From assembly GCF_964204645.1 (NCBI RefSeq), contig NC_134030.1:10561947-10625946 (forward strand): a stretch of DNA of 64,000 bases, written 5' to 3'. Below are positions 1-12,331 of this stretch, one piece after another. The notes under the pieces were generated by a model that worked only from the letters and a program-made list of their open reading frames with translations, did no database searches and had not been told where the DNA came from. Made by a program: the position numbers and the translations under genes. Origin of the DNA: Tubulanus polymorphus. Lineage: Eukaryota; Animalia; Nemertea. Within the stretch, counting starts at the first letter, position 1. Each line of letters opens with the position of its first letter.

Positions 1-19
1 ACGAAAATTTCATCAATAT

Positions 20-262
20 TTGTATTTCAAAAAAAACAATTGCAATTGTGAATTTTGAGGTTGATTTTGTAAATATAGATATATCTTATAACTCTTATTT
101 TACATTTGAAAAACGTTGATAATTATATTTGAGAGGATGTGCACTACGTTCAGTGTTAGACTGGTTGCCAGTCAATTCAAATTACTTTATTGATATAATA
201 ATTTTAAATATTATACTATTCGTCGACAATATTAAGCAATTAAGTATTTTTAAGGCGTCAAT
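20..262. mobile_element. Interspersed repeat family A; other copies at about 8340-8600 (+), 15475-15730 (-), 40015-40290 (+)
   Basis: Shared core 'cactacgtca...gtgttagactggttgccggtcaattcaatt...gtcgacaat' in at least four places. Confidence 0.7.
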
Positions 263-301
263 AAACATTTAATTTTCTTGTGTTTTCTTCAACAAATCCA
301 G

Positions 302-2272
302 CTGACCAATTCAGGTTCCGTATTGACCCAACTGTACAAACGTTTGGTCTACCATACGATTATGGAAGCCTGTTGCACTACTCGGAAACACATTTCGCCA
401 AGTCACCCGGATTGAAAACGATCGTTCCGAAGCAACCAGGCGTCACCATCGGGCAGCGAGAGACCCTGAGCAGTTTGGACACGCAGACCGTGCAGCACCT
501 TTATAAATGCGGACGTAAATATCTCGTTGTGCAATCAATGAAGTTTTTTGTTTACATGAGTAATGTATTTTGAGTGTTTGGTTAGATTCTGTTGACCTTG
601 CATTCTAAAATATCAGGTTAATCCAACAAAGGATTCAGTTTCATGAAAAAGAAAAACTGAAGCATTAAACGATTAAGTCGAATTGTTTGCCTCATTGATA
701 TCATTAAGTAGGCGTACGGCAGTGGAAATTTCATTGTCTATAAAACTTTCTAAAACATATTTCATTTCGTTGAAATGCGGCCCCAGGCCCACGGTTTGAC
801 AGATTATGTTAAACTCTGAATTTTATTTACTTTCTTAAATTCTATGATAATTCAGTTTATCCTTACTCGATTCATGAGTTAATTCTTTTTGTGGAGATAT
901 TGCTTTTGGCCTTACAAAACATGAAATTCATAATGTTTTTAAAATCTCTAGTAATATGTATTACGTATATAATACGTATGTGGAATATAGATGTTACATT
1001 TATGGCAAAATCACAGAGACGAGTTCATTCACAGAGACGAGTATTGATACTGATCCGAGATGTTTCCTCTCGCCTAGTATAACCGTTTAACGATTACGAC
1101 ACTTTTCTTTTATCAGAGAAAGTTAGCTTTACGTGCGATTTTTCCGCAAGTTCCTGCGGATTCATGTCGAGACCAAGCGAAGCGTTTGACTGGATAAGAA
1201 CTAGTGCCCCGACGCCACACGGCCCGCAGTCTGGTCACAGCGGTGACGGTAGGCTATACATGTGTACTGACAAGAAACATCATTTTCGCAACAAGAAAGA
1301 ACGATAAGGTCGGCCATTTAGATTGAAAAAAATGTTTAACTACTTATCGTTCTGTCCTGTTATGGCGCGAAAGATAGATCAAAGACAGTGGGTACGATTG
1401 GCTGGTGGTAAATTCTAGAACTAAGGCCCCACTGTACGGTAACTTGAATGTTACTAAATCTTTCATTTGTAGTCGCAAAATGCGATATGCAACCACCAGT
1501 TATATGTCTTCGCTTTTCGTATCCATCATTTTGGTTTTCTAATGTGATTGGAATAATCGAAATTCGGTACTAGTCTCTCAAAGTCCTTGATTTCTACCTT
1601 TTAAAACAGGGTACTACATGGCTAGCATTATAACCAGCGATAAAGGTCGCGGCTACTCGGCACTTGTTTTTCAAGAGCTCCCGCAAAGTTCTGTAGGATA
1701 CTGCATCAGTTTCTGGTAAGCATGATCAATTCAGCAACAAGGTATTACAGGATCACCTGGTAGTTACATGGGACATTTAAAGAATGTAAAAGTGAAATGC
1801 ATATTTTTGTACGCACGTATTATTTTTTCTGTAGGGTTTTTGTCTACCCATTCGGTGGAAGCTACAGATATGACATTATCGGGCACTATATCGGAGACAG
1901 CACATACTCGCAATACGAAACGTATATCATAGGCCCCGCTGATCAACCCGCGCAGTGGAAATTGTCCAAAAAACATTTCAGTTGGCCAAAAACAGAATCG
2001 GCAAGTAATCTGGGTATATTTAAGCTTACAAGGAGATATGTACGCCCGGATAGAGCTTCCCTGAATGACACAGTGAATCAATCCCGAGTCACTAAATTCT
2101 TATAAAAAAAAGAATATAATTTGATAATCGAGATCATATGCATAAGATTTTTATCGACTATGTTTATCTTTTCTTTCAGTTTTATTTGATGACTTTGCCG
2201 GATTGGGCGGCAAGCGGTACGAAAGTATTCGCTATAGATGATTTAAGTATTGTAGAGGCTTCGTCCTGTTAA
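302..2272 (+). CDS. Astacin-family (M12A) metalloprotease with C-terminal MAM domain; 3' part only. Exons 302-514, 1117-1248, 1610-1715, 1835-2000, 2180-2272
   Basis: Exon 302-514 encodes the astacin C-terminal half (PYDYGSLLHY...TIVPKQPGVTIGQRETLSSLD...LYKC). The next exons give a MAM domain with its four Cys (TCDF..SSCGF..FDWIR..TPHGP, GYYM, YCISFW, FAIDDLSIVEASSC*). Intron phases 1,1,2,0 are consistent. The HExxH exon lies upstream of the window. Confidence 0.88.
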
Positions 2273-2392
2273 TAAAACACTTCAGACGATTTCAAAAGCA
2301 CATATTAATACGCATTTCAATCGATATTCAACGGTCTTGACTTGTATTTTTTATTTCGTTCCTGAAGTCGCGAAGACGGCTGTTCTTTTCAA

Positions 2393-2690
2393 CATCCTCT
2401 CCCGGCAGGGATTCGAACCTGATGGCATCGAGACTCGCCAAGGTACGAAACCCTACGACAGACTGAGTGCGCAGCTACATGCGCATCTTGTCACTCATTA
2501 TTAGCCAATCAGATGTCCCGTTTAATTTCAGCCCGGGTTTTCCATCCTCCGTCGGCAGGGATCCGAACCTGACGGCATATTCCCATTAAGGTTATTCTGT
2601 GAAATTTGCCTCAGCGATTTTACATCGAGCAAACTGATTGGCGCCGCAAATAAACCTGTGCATGTACCTGCGCACCCGCGGCCACGGCTA
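2393..2690. mobile_element. Copy of the fold-back element with tRNA-like arms (see 17601-17925)
   Basis: 'cccggcagggattcgaacctgatggcatcgaga', 'cagctacatgcgca' and 'attagccaatcaga' also occur at 17600-17930. Confidence 0.75.
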
Positions 2691-4995
2691 GGCCAAAACA
2701 AAAGCCCTATATAGACATACAGACGGCTCTGACGGTATTATCAAATAAATATATATTTCATTATTTCGAAATCGAAGCTTGGAAATCGATGCTAAAGTAT
2801 GATTTGAAATATTTGTACAGGTGATGTTGAAAAATAAATACATATATTAAGTTTGACGAAAATCGATGCACGTACAAACTGCACGTCCCTATAACGAGTG
2901 GCGATCTACGTCATAATCTAATGACTAAGGGCAGACAGACAAAATCGCGCAGTGAAGCCTTTTTACAATTTCCAGGCGCCATGTTTTTGGGTACCCACTG
3001 GGTCCGTATATTGTTGAATTTTCTACCGCTATTTCTCCCATTGTTTAAATTTTCATTTCGTTCATACAATGTCGGTCACCTTTTGTCATAAAAATGAATT
3101 TGAATCTCCTCCAAGCGTTTTCATCACTGAAATCACATATTGCGAATGGGTGTTTGAAAATCTTAACTAATAATCGAGATATGTTCCATTCGGAATTCGA
3201 TTGAATTAAATTTCATTACTGTAAACTGAAATGAATAAAAAATCAAGTACATATATTCAATTACACACATCATACATGTGATTCTATTAATGGTCCGATT
3301 ATATGATAAACGCTGGTGTTGACTACAAGAATAACCTCTTTTGTTTATATAACATCATATCGGTTCAATAATATTGGATTGCAAAAGGATTTCAAGAGGA
3401 AAACACCTGTCGACATAAATAAAGAGGGAAATCAAGTAATGGAGGAGATTTTAAAAACCAAAACCAACGCACAACGTCGAGTTTTCTCTAAAAATACAAG
3501 AAAAACTAAAAACCTTTTTTTGGCGGGGCGCATTTTCGATGTTTAATTTTCGTGTTGGTGTTCTGGCGCCCTCATTCGCATACCAGGAATTTTACATTAT
3601 GGCCCTTATCAGCCACCGTAGTTACGATAAGTGTTGAATCAACTCCGAGTTCACAGTGTTTTTTTAACCAAAAACCGAAAGAGTCGAAAGGTCAATGAAA
3701 GTCGACCTGCGTGCTCGGGTGAATTTTAGATTGCGCGAAAAATATTCGAAAATTGAAAAATAATTGAAAAATGGAAAAGCAGAGACTCTGATGAGAACCA
3801 AGCGATCAATTTTGCGAGCTATGCTCAAGAGGTGCCACGAGGATCGCGCAGCAGTTCGCAAACACCGCTGGGCCTATATGAAATTGATAGACGAACTCAT
3901 TGATTGTGTCAATAGGCTATGATATAACCTGTACTCAATAAATATTGACATCTATCCTCACTTTTTTCTGAGATCTGTAATTTCCGCCTCTCGCTCCCTG
4001 CGCTATGTGATGTATATACATATAAATATATAAACTCTCTTGCACTCTCGACTCAGGGGATGTCGCGCGTGGGTCCATGATTCGTTCAAGCGACACCGAA
4101 TATCGCAATTAAAACCGAGTCGATTATTAATGAGAAATGTCGTTTCCGAGAGTATCTATATTAAAAACGAACCCTCCGGGCAAAGATACGTGACTAACTT
4201 GGTATTAAACAAAGTCTAATTAAGGCTGAAATTTCTGGGAACGCTTGACGAACCGGCCTCCTAGGTGCTTTTAATACTATCCGTTGGGACGCAAGATAGA
4301 ATCGGTTGCCACAAAAGCGAGACAGTATTTATATATGTATATATTAGGATGTTTTATTTTTCCATACAATAAGTACGATTGTATATACACGTATATTACT
4401 AGATATCGCGCTTTTGAGTTTTTAATGCACTTCAGATCGCGGTAAAATGGCGTAAGGTCTATTCTGTACATTGGCACTGGTTCACAAATCCCTCTGCAAA
4501 TATTCAGCCAATACAATTTTAATACACATATACATATTTATAATGCCTGCATCAACAAAAGTAATGATCCGCGATTCACGATGGGGGTCAGTAGTTTTGT
4601 GACGAAATGACGATCGAGCTATAAATTAAATGGATGAACATCAGCGAGTGCGCGATGGGATTTTTTTTAAAACGAATTTACTATCAGTAGCGGACAAGGG
4701 GACATATCAGAATCCGGCATTCGAAAATGTCCTCTCGTTTAAGAAGACGTTCGTATCTTAATTCGCTGAGATTTTCATCATACACCGATCATACCAATGA
4801 CGTTGATTCTGTTTCACATATTTTATGAACTTCATGTACTTAAGTTCGAAGTCAGCGCGTGCGATGACTGGTGACGCGCGAACTAGGAAAGCGCGCTCGA
4901 CCATTAGGCGTGCGACCGCAGTTACATTCATAAGCCATCAAAATCAGCATCGAATTAGTAAAATCATCTAGTAATTCTATACGTCGTCGCACGCG

Positions 4996-7900
4996 ATGGT
5001 TCAGAAGACATTCGGATTTACGAAAATGATAAACGTCGTCGTTTTCGTAACGTTTTTCTGCTTGATACAATGCGGCGAGGGTAAGTTCGTCAGTAAACTC
5101 GGCACAAGAGGCTTCACCTCGCAAGAGAGACAACGTATCGTCGACTTGCATAACATGTTCAGATCTCGCGTTGCCACGGGTAAACAGTCCGGCCAACCAA
5201 AAGCTGCCAACATGATCGCTCTGGTGAGTTAACCGCATTCTTTTTTGCTTTCATACTATTTCGAAAATGAAAATACAATATTCATGATGGACGGAATAGA
5301 ATCGAATGGAATGGGATTGTGTATTGCATAACTAGAGGTCTCACAGCCATATGCTTTTTACACGCCATATTCTTTTTTCAAAATCTGGGATAGGGATTGG
5401 CCCTGTTATTCATTGAATTGGTAGATTTCGTTCGATTTGTTTTGATTTGGTGTCCCTTAAAACGCCAGCGCACCTGCCAGGATTGAAACAGGGGGTTTGA
5501 TTTTGAAATCGAAAATCAAAGTACAGATATAGTTGTGTGATCGGTGGTCGTTTTTTGTCTAAATCGAAGTGCATAATTGGAAATTTCGGTTCCTGATCAT
5601 TCAAACTATCTTCCAACCAGTCTGGCAGTCAAACATTAAATGATTCACTTGACAGACCGTCGTAGCTTGAAACTCCTCTGGGGCCGGTTGCATAGTCGTG
5701 GACTTAAGACCAGTCTAAGACCAACTTAGTTCTATAGCCAATCTAACAACTTAAGACCAGTCTTAAGATTTAAGACCTCTTAAGTCACGACTGTGCAACT
5801 GGGTCCTGATTATCTTCTGTTCTCGTGTATGAGCACTGTCTCCGGCACTGGTTTGCTAACGCACAGGACCCGGTTTTACAGGTTGGTATTATCTTAAACC
5901 CGAGGGTTAACTCAATTGAAAATGAATTAAGTTAGCCCCAGGGTTAAAGTTGATACCAGTCTATAAAACCGGGTCCTGGCATTTTTAAGATTGAGAAACA
6001 CCTTATATGACGTCACTGCAAGAACTCTAAGCAAATTTATCCGTCAGTGACAAACAAAAAAAATCTCGTTACATTACATAAAGGGGTTGTAAATTTAAAA
6101 CCCAAAAATTCAAAGTTTAAAACATTAAAAGCTCAATGTGGTCATTGTTAATCGAAAATTGAAAGCCCAAGACACGACGTAACACCTGGCGATGGTCTCT
6201 AGTGAGAGAGTTCGTCGTGTCTTTTGATTTTAATTTATGCTAAATAAAACTGGTTTCTAATCTTTTTAACCTTATATATAGTGGGTTTTACATTTAATAT
6301 ATAGTCTATTCTCCACGTCTGAGTGTACAGGCTATTCAACTTATGAGGGGATTGTGTCCGTTTCACGTCAACAGCGTTTACCGACAACTCTTTTCTACTT
6401 ATCGACCCCAATTACTGCGCGAAGTTGAAAGTAAAGCCAGCGTAGGTCGACCTTGCAGTGAGTCGCGTCGCAGTGAGTCGCAAGCCGTCGCAAGGCCGAT
6501 CTACGCCCGGCTTAAGGGTTGTACATACTATCATTCTATTGCAATAAATTGGATTCTAATACGATTGTACTATAGGACAGAGACAATGAATCATTTTATA
6601 ATGAAATATAGGACAGAGACAATGAATCATTTTATTATGAAATATACATACGTATTCTTTCTCGTCGATATATACATATATTCATTGGAAATGAATGAAC
6701 ATATTGTTATCTATACGGTTTATTTTCGTCTGCTTATTTTACAGGAATGGGATGATAGACTGGAGAAAAGTGCGCAGTCGTGGTCTGACACGTGCCCGGA
6801 TGCTGCTCACGCGCACAGCGATTTGGAGTCCCGTCGATTCTATCCTTACCTCTTCACCGGGCAAAACTTCGCCGGTTCCGCGACCGCCGAGATCGATGCG
6901 TAAGTTGTGTCGATTTTCTTTTCGATTGCTGCACTACACTATCTTGGAGTCTTCAAACAATGAGGTCTACCCTGACATACGGAAGATATACTACCCAATG
7001 AGAATTAAAAGGTTTTTCAAGTGTAATTGTTTTCATTTTTCACTAGACTTGTTCACGTGACACCACAGTACGCATGGCCATTCCCGCCAAAAATCAGCGT
7101 TATTCCATTTGTTTACTCTGACAATAATATATCATCCGTATAGTATAATCCCCCTAAAGTGTCAAATCGCTGACATTAGACGATTTGACGTTACACTTCC
7201 GTGTAGATATTTTGACAGTATAGACAATGACATTTAATTGTCATTGTCTATACTATCTAATAAATTTAAAAGTGCTGACATAATTCGACACAAGGGGCGA
7301 TACTGTACGGTTGATATAGTTGTCGCAGGTGGCCGAAGTAGAGTCACATTCGACGGCCTTTTGACGGCCAATATTTGACACATATTGTGATCAACGCGTG
7401 TGAAGTCTGCGAAAGAGGTCTACACACTGATTAGATATATGATCAACTGTTCCACGAACCGAGACGGTGGAAAATTTCTCCTTTTCTGTGTTTTTAGGTC
7501 CGTCGCTGATTGGTACGGTGAAGTGAAATATTACACTTACGATTCGAATAAATGTCACGAATGTAGCGATCCACCCGCGTGTAAGCGGACAGTCACTTGC
7601 GCCCACTATACACAGGTAGTCCGATACTAGATATCCTAAAGTCCGACAAAGTGAAAATACATTATTAGCAATATCTTGCTTATAAAGGCAGTGAGATATG
7701 TACGTTATTGTATGAAAATGATATGTAACCGCCTGGTTTTTCAGACGATCTGGTCTGTAACTACCAAAGTCGGCTGCGGACAAAACCGTTGCGATAGACA
7801 ACGCGGAAAGTTTGGCGGTGTACTTTATTGTGAATACGCCCCCATGTAAGCTTTATTGAAATACGCTTATCTCGTCGCACGCATTGTCGAATTACCCGAA

Positions 7901-10900
7901 TCGTGTTTGATTTTCTGAATTCGATTTCAGTGGAAACGGGCCGATACTGAATGGAATTGTGCCCAGACCATATGTCGAGGGTACCCCGTGTTCTCAATGT
8001 CCAGCTGGTTATAGTTTTTGTTTGGCTGGATCTCTTTGCGGTAAGGTCCCGCATGCGTCGTCAGTATAATATAGCTCGCTAGGTCGATTTTGTAATGAAA
8101 TAATTACATCAGAATTGTTGTTGATTTGCAGCCAGTGAACGTGCTTGTGTCGGAAATTCAAAATGCAGTAAGTGACTCCAGCAAAAAAAAAAGATTCCGG
8201 TGGCGACGTAACAACGGAGTTTGAATTCCCGTTTGTACAATCTAATATCATTATACATTTTGGACGCCGTTATGATAATTTTTGTATAAATTGATCCATA
8301 GCATGCTTTATCTAAGGGATTCTGTGCGAGTCGATATTGGCGTTTCAAAATAGCATTTTACTATTAGAAATTTTGGCGTTTATTTTGTAATCAAACATTT
8401 CATGACAAATTTTTTTCATAGTTTGATTATTATTTTTGAGAGGATAAGCACTACGTCATCAATATACCGGTGCTAGACTGGTTGCCGGCCATTTCAATTC
8501 AATTAGCGACAAATACAAATCCAAAATATCTTTATTGATCCGTAATATTCTATAATCTACATCATATTACCATTGTCGACAATATCAAGCAATACATGTG
8601 TATTTTTGTTTTCTTTTTACATTCTTAGAGTGTACACTGAAAGCCGAACTGTGTAAACATGGAGACTTTGAGCCGACGAACTGTATGTGCAGATGTAAGC
8701 CGGGTTATGAAGGAAAGAACTGCGATGGTTTGTATGGTCGAGTTTGATGGCCTTTGATATATCTATACCCACCCGCAGTAAATATAGCGCCCACCTTTCA
8801 TAATTTCAAATTATCACAAAGAGCTAACTCCAACGATACCTTGAGATCTGAACATGATTAACGGGAATCCCATTTTCAGTTGCATGCCAGGATGAGCTGC
8901 CCAAGCAGGATTGCGACTTGCGGAAGGATGCCGGCTGGTGTAAGTGGAACCATTTGGGCATAAGCCGTATGGAAACCGACTGCAGAAAAACGTGCAGCAT
9001 TTGCGGTACAATGGTGGACGAAGGACAGAGCAATAGAGCTAACATAAAAACTGAAGTTAAAACGTTAAAACTAGGTACGCTCTTTCATTTGTCGTATCTA
9101 TTATACCCACGAGCCGAAATCTCAGGTATTTGCAAAAAACTCGCAAATGGAAACCATCGAATTTCTCTGACTACAAAACTTCATGCAACCTACGTACGTT
9201 TGTTTAGTTTCTTATCATCAGTGTAAGTACCGTAACTGGAGATTAGGATTAGGATTTTTTATCTATTTACTGCGCCTCAACAAAGCTATTTTTGTCAATT
9301 CAAGAAAAATGAAGACAAAAATGCAAATTTATAAAATGTTAGTTATTTGAAAGTTATTCTAAATGTTTTTCTGAATTTCAAATTCTTCGTATAAATGTTT
9401 ACGTATGTTGATATGTAAGCATGAAGGATTACTATTTTATATTTGTATAGAACTTCCAACGCAGGACGTGAACAAATACAGAAAAATAGTCAGAGGTACG
9501 TGATAAATGCTTTAATTCAATTGATGTCGAACCATTGAGATAAATCACGGAAATTAGAAATGAGAGTGGTTCGTTCTAGAGTCCACTTTAGACTTCGGGG
9601 AGAGTCTCTATAGTGTGCGAGTATGAATCTCAACCACAAGGAAATTAAGAAACACGTATCTGAGGACACACCGTTGATTTAAGCCCACTTATGGCTATTG
9701 ACACTTTTCGTCTGTTCCATTCGTCCCTGTAAAAATTAGCATTGGGTCACCCAAACGACGATATTCTTTTTTTGGAGCAGGCAAATAGATTCCAAGAAAT
9801 AATTCGGCAATTTTGTTATTTTGCATGGTAACTTAGTTGGTCTAAGACCAGTCTTAACGAACTTAAGCCACGTAGATAGTTGTCTTAAATTTTAAGACTA
9901 AGTCTTAAAATTCAAGACGAATTTCTTAAATAAGACATGACTATGCAACAGGTCTAAGACCAGTCTATATTTTCTAAGACTGGTCTTAGACCAACTATCG
10001 ACATAAGTCACGACTATGTAACCGGGCCCTGTTGTTAAACAGAAGCTATGATGATCCATGTGATGCATCTATATGTTTTGGAAGGCAGGAATGTTTTGTT
10101 CGTGACGCTTTTCATAATGTTTATCTGGATGCGTATTCATTCATTCCTAGGCAATTGTAGAAACAAACACGGCGATGATAAGCAATGCAATGACTGGGCA
10201 CGCCGTGGCCAGTGCGAGTCCAATCCGGGCGGTATGATCGCCCATTGCGCTAGTTCATGTAACAAATGCGAAGGTATGTGAAATCGTGAAATCGTGTTCG
10301 TTAATTTTTGAATGTGAATACCTATATAGAGACGAATGAACATAACATCCATCCACCTTGCATATCATATGGCGTATACGCCATAATGATATGCAAGGTG
10401 GATGGATGTTATGTTCGTTCGGTCATGGAAACCACATATGAATTGGAGAGGAATCGGCCGACGACAGCCGAAATTAGACGAATCAGGAGTGTTAGGCAAA
10501 TACGGCATCAAGCTGTTCAACCACTAACCAGGTCCTTTTGATCTACCGGTTATCAACGCACTGCTTATCACTGGTTATACGATCTCCGATGGACTAAAAT
10601 AAGTTCATTTCTAATTGTTGACACCTTGAATCGCATTTTAAACTTACCTCTACGTGGTTAACGGCCCTGTTCAATCTTCATAAATTTCATACTTTTTATC
10701 ATGTCAAACCGTAACATAGCGATTGACATGTCGGCAAACATTTATCTTCTTGACGCGAATTGAATTGACGGAAAAAGAATCAATTTGTGGGGACCTTTGA
10801 AATATCTCGATCGATATATGCATTTCAGAAGCGAAAATTAGGGAAAATGAAATAAACGAAAGGCCAAAACCAGTGCCGATTCAACGAGGTAAGTAACTTT

Positions 10901-12023
10901 ATTGTATCAAGTCCAACATACGTTTAGATGCATTGGATAACTTCTGAATAAGCAGTGCGTACATGTACCTCGCTTAGACAAAGAGTTGCAATGACGTCGA
11001 ATATCCGTCAAATGAAATTATGGTCCTCGAGACGTTCACCCAAGAAAAAGGACGAACCGAGTAACCTGAAGCCTGACGCACACAACGGGCAAAAGCGTTT
11101 TCCATGCCATGGAATCGTTTCCCAGTGGTTTTCTATTTCAGTTACGTTTCGGCCTCGTCAGGTTTTAACAACCATTATCAGTCGAATTGTTTTTGACAAG
11201 AGATTCCCCTCTCTTTTCATTCCCTATCCCTCTCTCCAACTTTCTATACTTATATATCATATCTATGTGTGACTTCCACTTAATTTCGATGACCCGTTTT
11301 CTCGTTTCAAAGGTGATTGTGAAAATGTTCGCGAAGATAAGACGTGCGACGACCTGGCTAAAAACGGAGCTTGTTCTCGCGATGCGGACAGAATGAAAGA
11401 ATTGTGCGCGAGTTCGTGTAATACGTGTCCAGGTATAGGTCCTGATAATTCGAACACATCTCAACGAGCATGAATCCCTTCTCGTGAACGGTTGTGACAA
11501 CTTCCCTGATAAGACATGCGATTAGAGGGCAGTAAAACGTAGTGCCTATCATAAAAAGGCTCTAAGGCGCGAATACAGAAGTACAATTGAGATACAATAG
11601 GGTGCCTAGGGTTCAAAGTAACATTATGATGTGAGTGGTTCAATATTAATAATAGTCTTTTAGTCTTTATTTACATCGAAATCAATACATGATATAACGT
11701 GTATTTTTATAGATATATGATTACATAACATGTATAGATATGTTACAGGAGTTATTATGTCAATGAAGGTGCTAAGGAACCAAGATGGTTGTAATAATGG
11801 GTCACTCACACGCCCACATTCACCCAAAAGTGAAATGAAAAAAAATAGATTAAGGGTGATGACAGAACTAAGTCTAGGTGATTTACTTTCAGGGCCATCA
11901 GCGTGTGAAGATCGAATGGAAGCCTCGAAATGCCAGAGATACAAATCTCACGGGTACTGCTCGGCGCCAGAGCAACAAGAACTGATGACGTATCACTGTG
12001 CTGAAACATGCAGAAAATGCTAA
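4996..12023 (+). CDS. Secreted CAP/SCP (CRISP-like) protein with an EGF-like domain and four ShK domains, about 506 aa. Exons 4996-5223, 6745-6899, 7498-7615, 7745-7845, 7931-8040, 8132-8167, 8629-8727, 8880-9074, 9451-9495, 10151-10273, 10829-10888, 11313-11432, 11893-12023
   Basis: Signal peptide (MINVVVFVTFFCLIQCGEG). CAP motifs IVDLHNMFRSRVA, AANM, EWDDRLEKSAQSW, GQNFA, WYGE, AHYTQ.IW...TKVGCG, YCEY..GN, hinge PYVEGTPCSQCP. EGF-like CKHG...CMCRCKPGYEGKNC. Four six-Cys ShK modules ending C..TC/SC..C. All introns are GT-AG with matching phases; total 1521 nt. The start could instead be the second ATG at 5026; exon 8 has an alternative donor after 9005. Confidence 0.9.
5385..5560. mobile_element. 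Interspersed repeat family B; copies at about 24130-24270 (-) and 49270-49440 (+)
   Basis: Shared 'tagggattg...gatttggtgtc...cacctgcc.gga..gaaaca...tttgaa' sequence. Confidence 0.65.
5681..5805. mobile_element. PIF/Harbinger-like MITE with CTG target duplication; related copies at about 9826-10028 and 18030-18140
   Basis: TIRs gggccggttgcatagtcgtg / cacgactgtgcaactgggtc, with ctg on both sides and internal 'ttaagaccagtct' repeats. Confidence 0.7.
5867..5975. mobile_element. Harbinger-like palindromic MITE
   Basis: TIRs gacccggtttta / taaaaccgggtc with CWG flanks (cag / ctg). Confidence 0.7.
6434..6513. repeat. 80-bp hairpin / mini-MITE
   Basis: Inverted ends aagccagcgtaggtcgaccttgc ... gcaaggccgatctacgcccggctt; gcagtgagtcgc occurs twice inside. 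Confidence 0.55.
6571..6646. repeat. 36-bp tandem duplication
   Basis: tataggacagagacaatgaatcattttat(a/t)atgaaa occurs twice. Confidence 0.85.
7135..7310. mobile_element. MITE in intron 2 of the CAP gene
   Basis: Inverted ends ccgtatagtataatcccc / ggggcgatactgtacgg; internal palindrome tagacaatgaca...tgtcattgtcta. Confidence 0.6.
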
Positions 12024-12331
12024 TCCTTGTTAATTATCATGCCATATGTATAATACATTATCATCATGTTTCATCGAGTTTTCAAAATTTAATATAAAGG
12101 TTCGGGGTTCATATGAATATATTTATTCGGTTTTTGAAAGTGGGTTTTCAAATCTTCGCGCGTTCGTGTATGCAGGTGGAGCTGCCAGCGCGCTGCCTAT
12201 AGCGACCGGTGTTGTCAACGTTAGTATACAATCAACGCCGTTATATAGTCGTTTAGACGTGGATTGGAAAGCCGCCTCGTCGACACAAATTCGGCCGCGA
12301 TTCCGCCAGAAATTGGATTTGGATCGGCGAA

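Noticed and set aside
2270-2276. AATAAA overlapping the astacin stop codon as a poly(A) signal
   Set aside because: It would leave almost no 3' UTR, and other AATAAA hexamers occur downstream; cannot be decided from sequence.
6343-6744. N-terminal part of the 186-aa ORF 6343..6903
   Set aside because: Intron read-through across a mini-MITE and a 36-bp duplication; only 6745-6899 is a CAP exon.
9826-10028. Regularly recurring 'taagaccagtct' units resembling a CRISPR array
   Set aside because: Eukaryotic intron, irregular spacing, no unique spacers or cas genes; these are internal MITE repeats.
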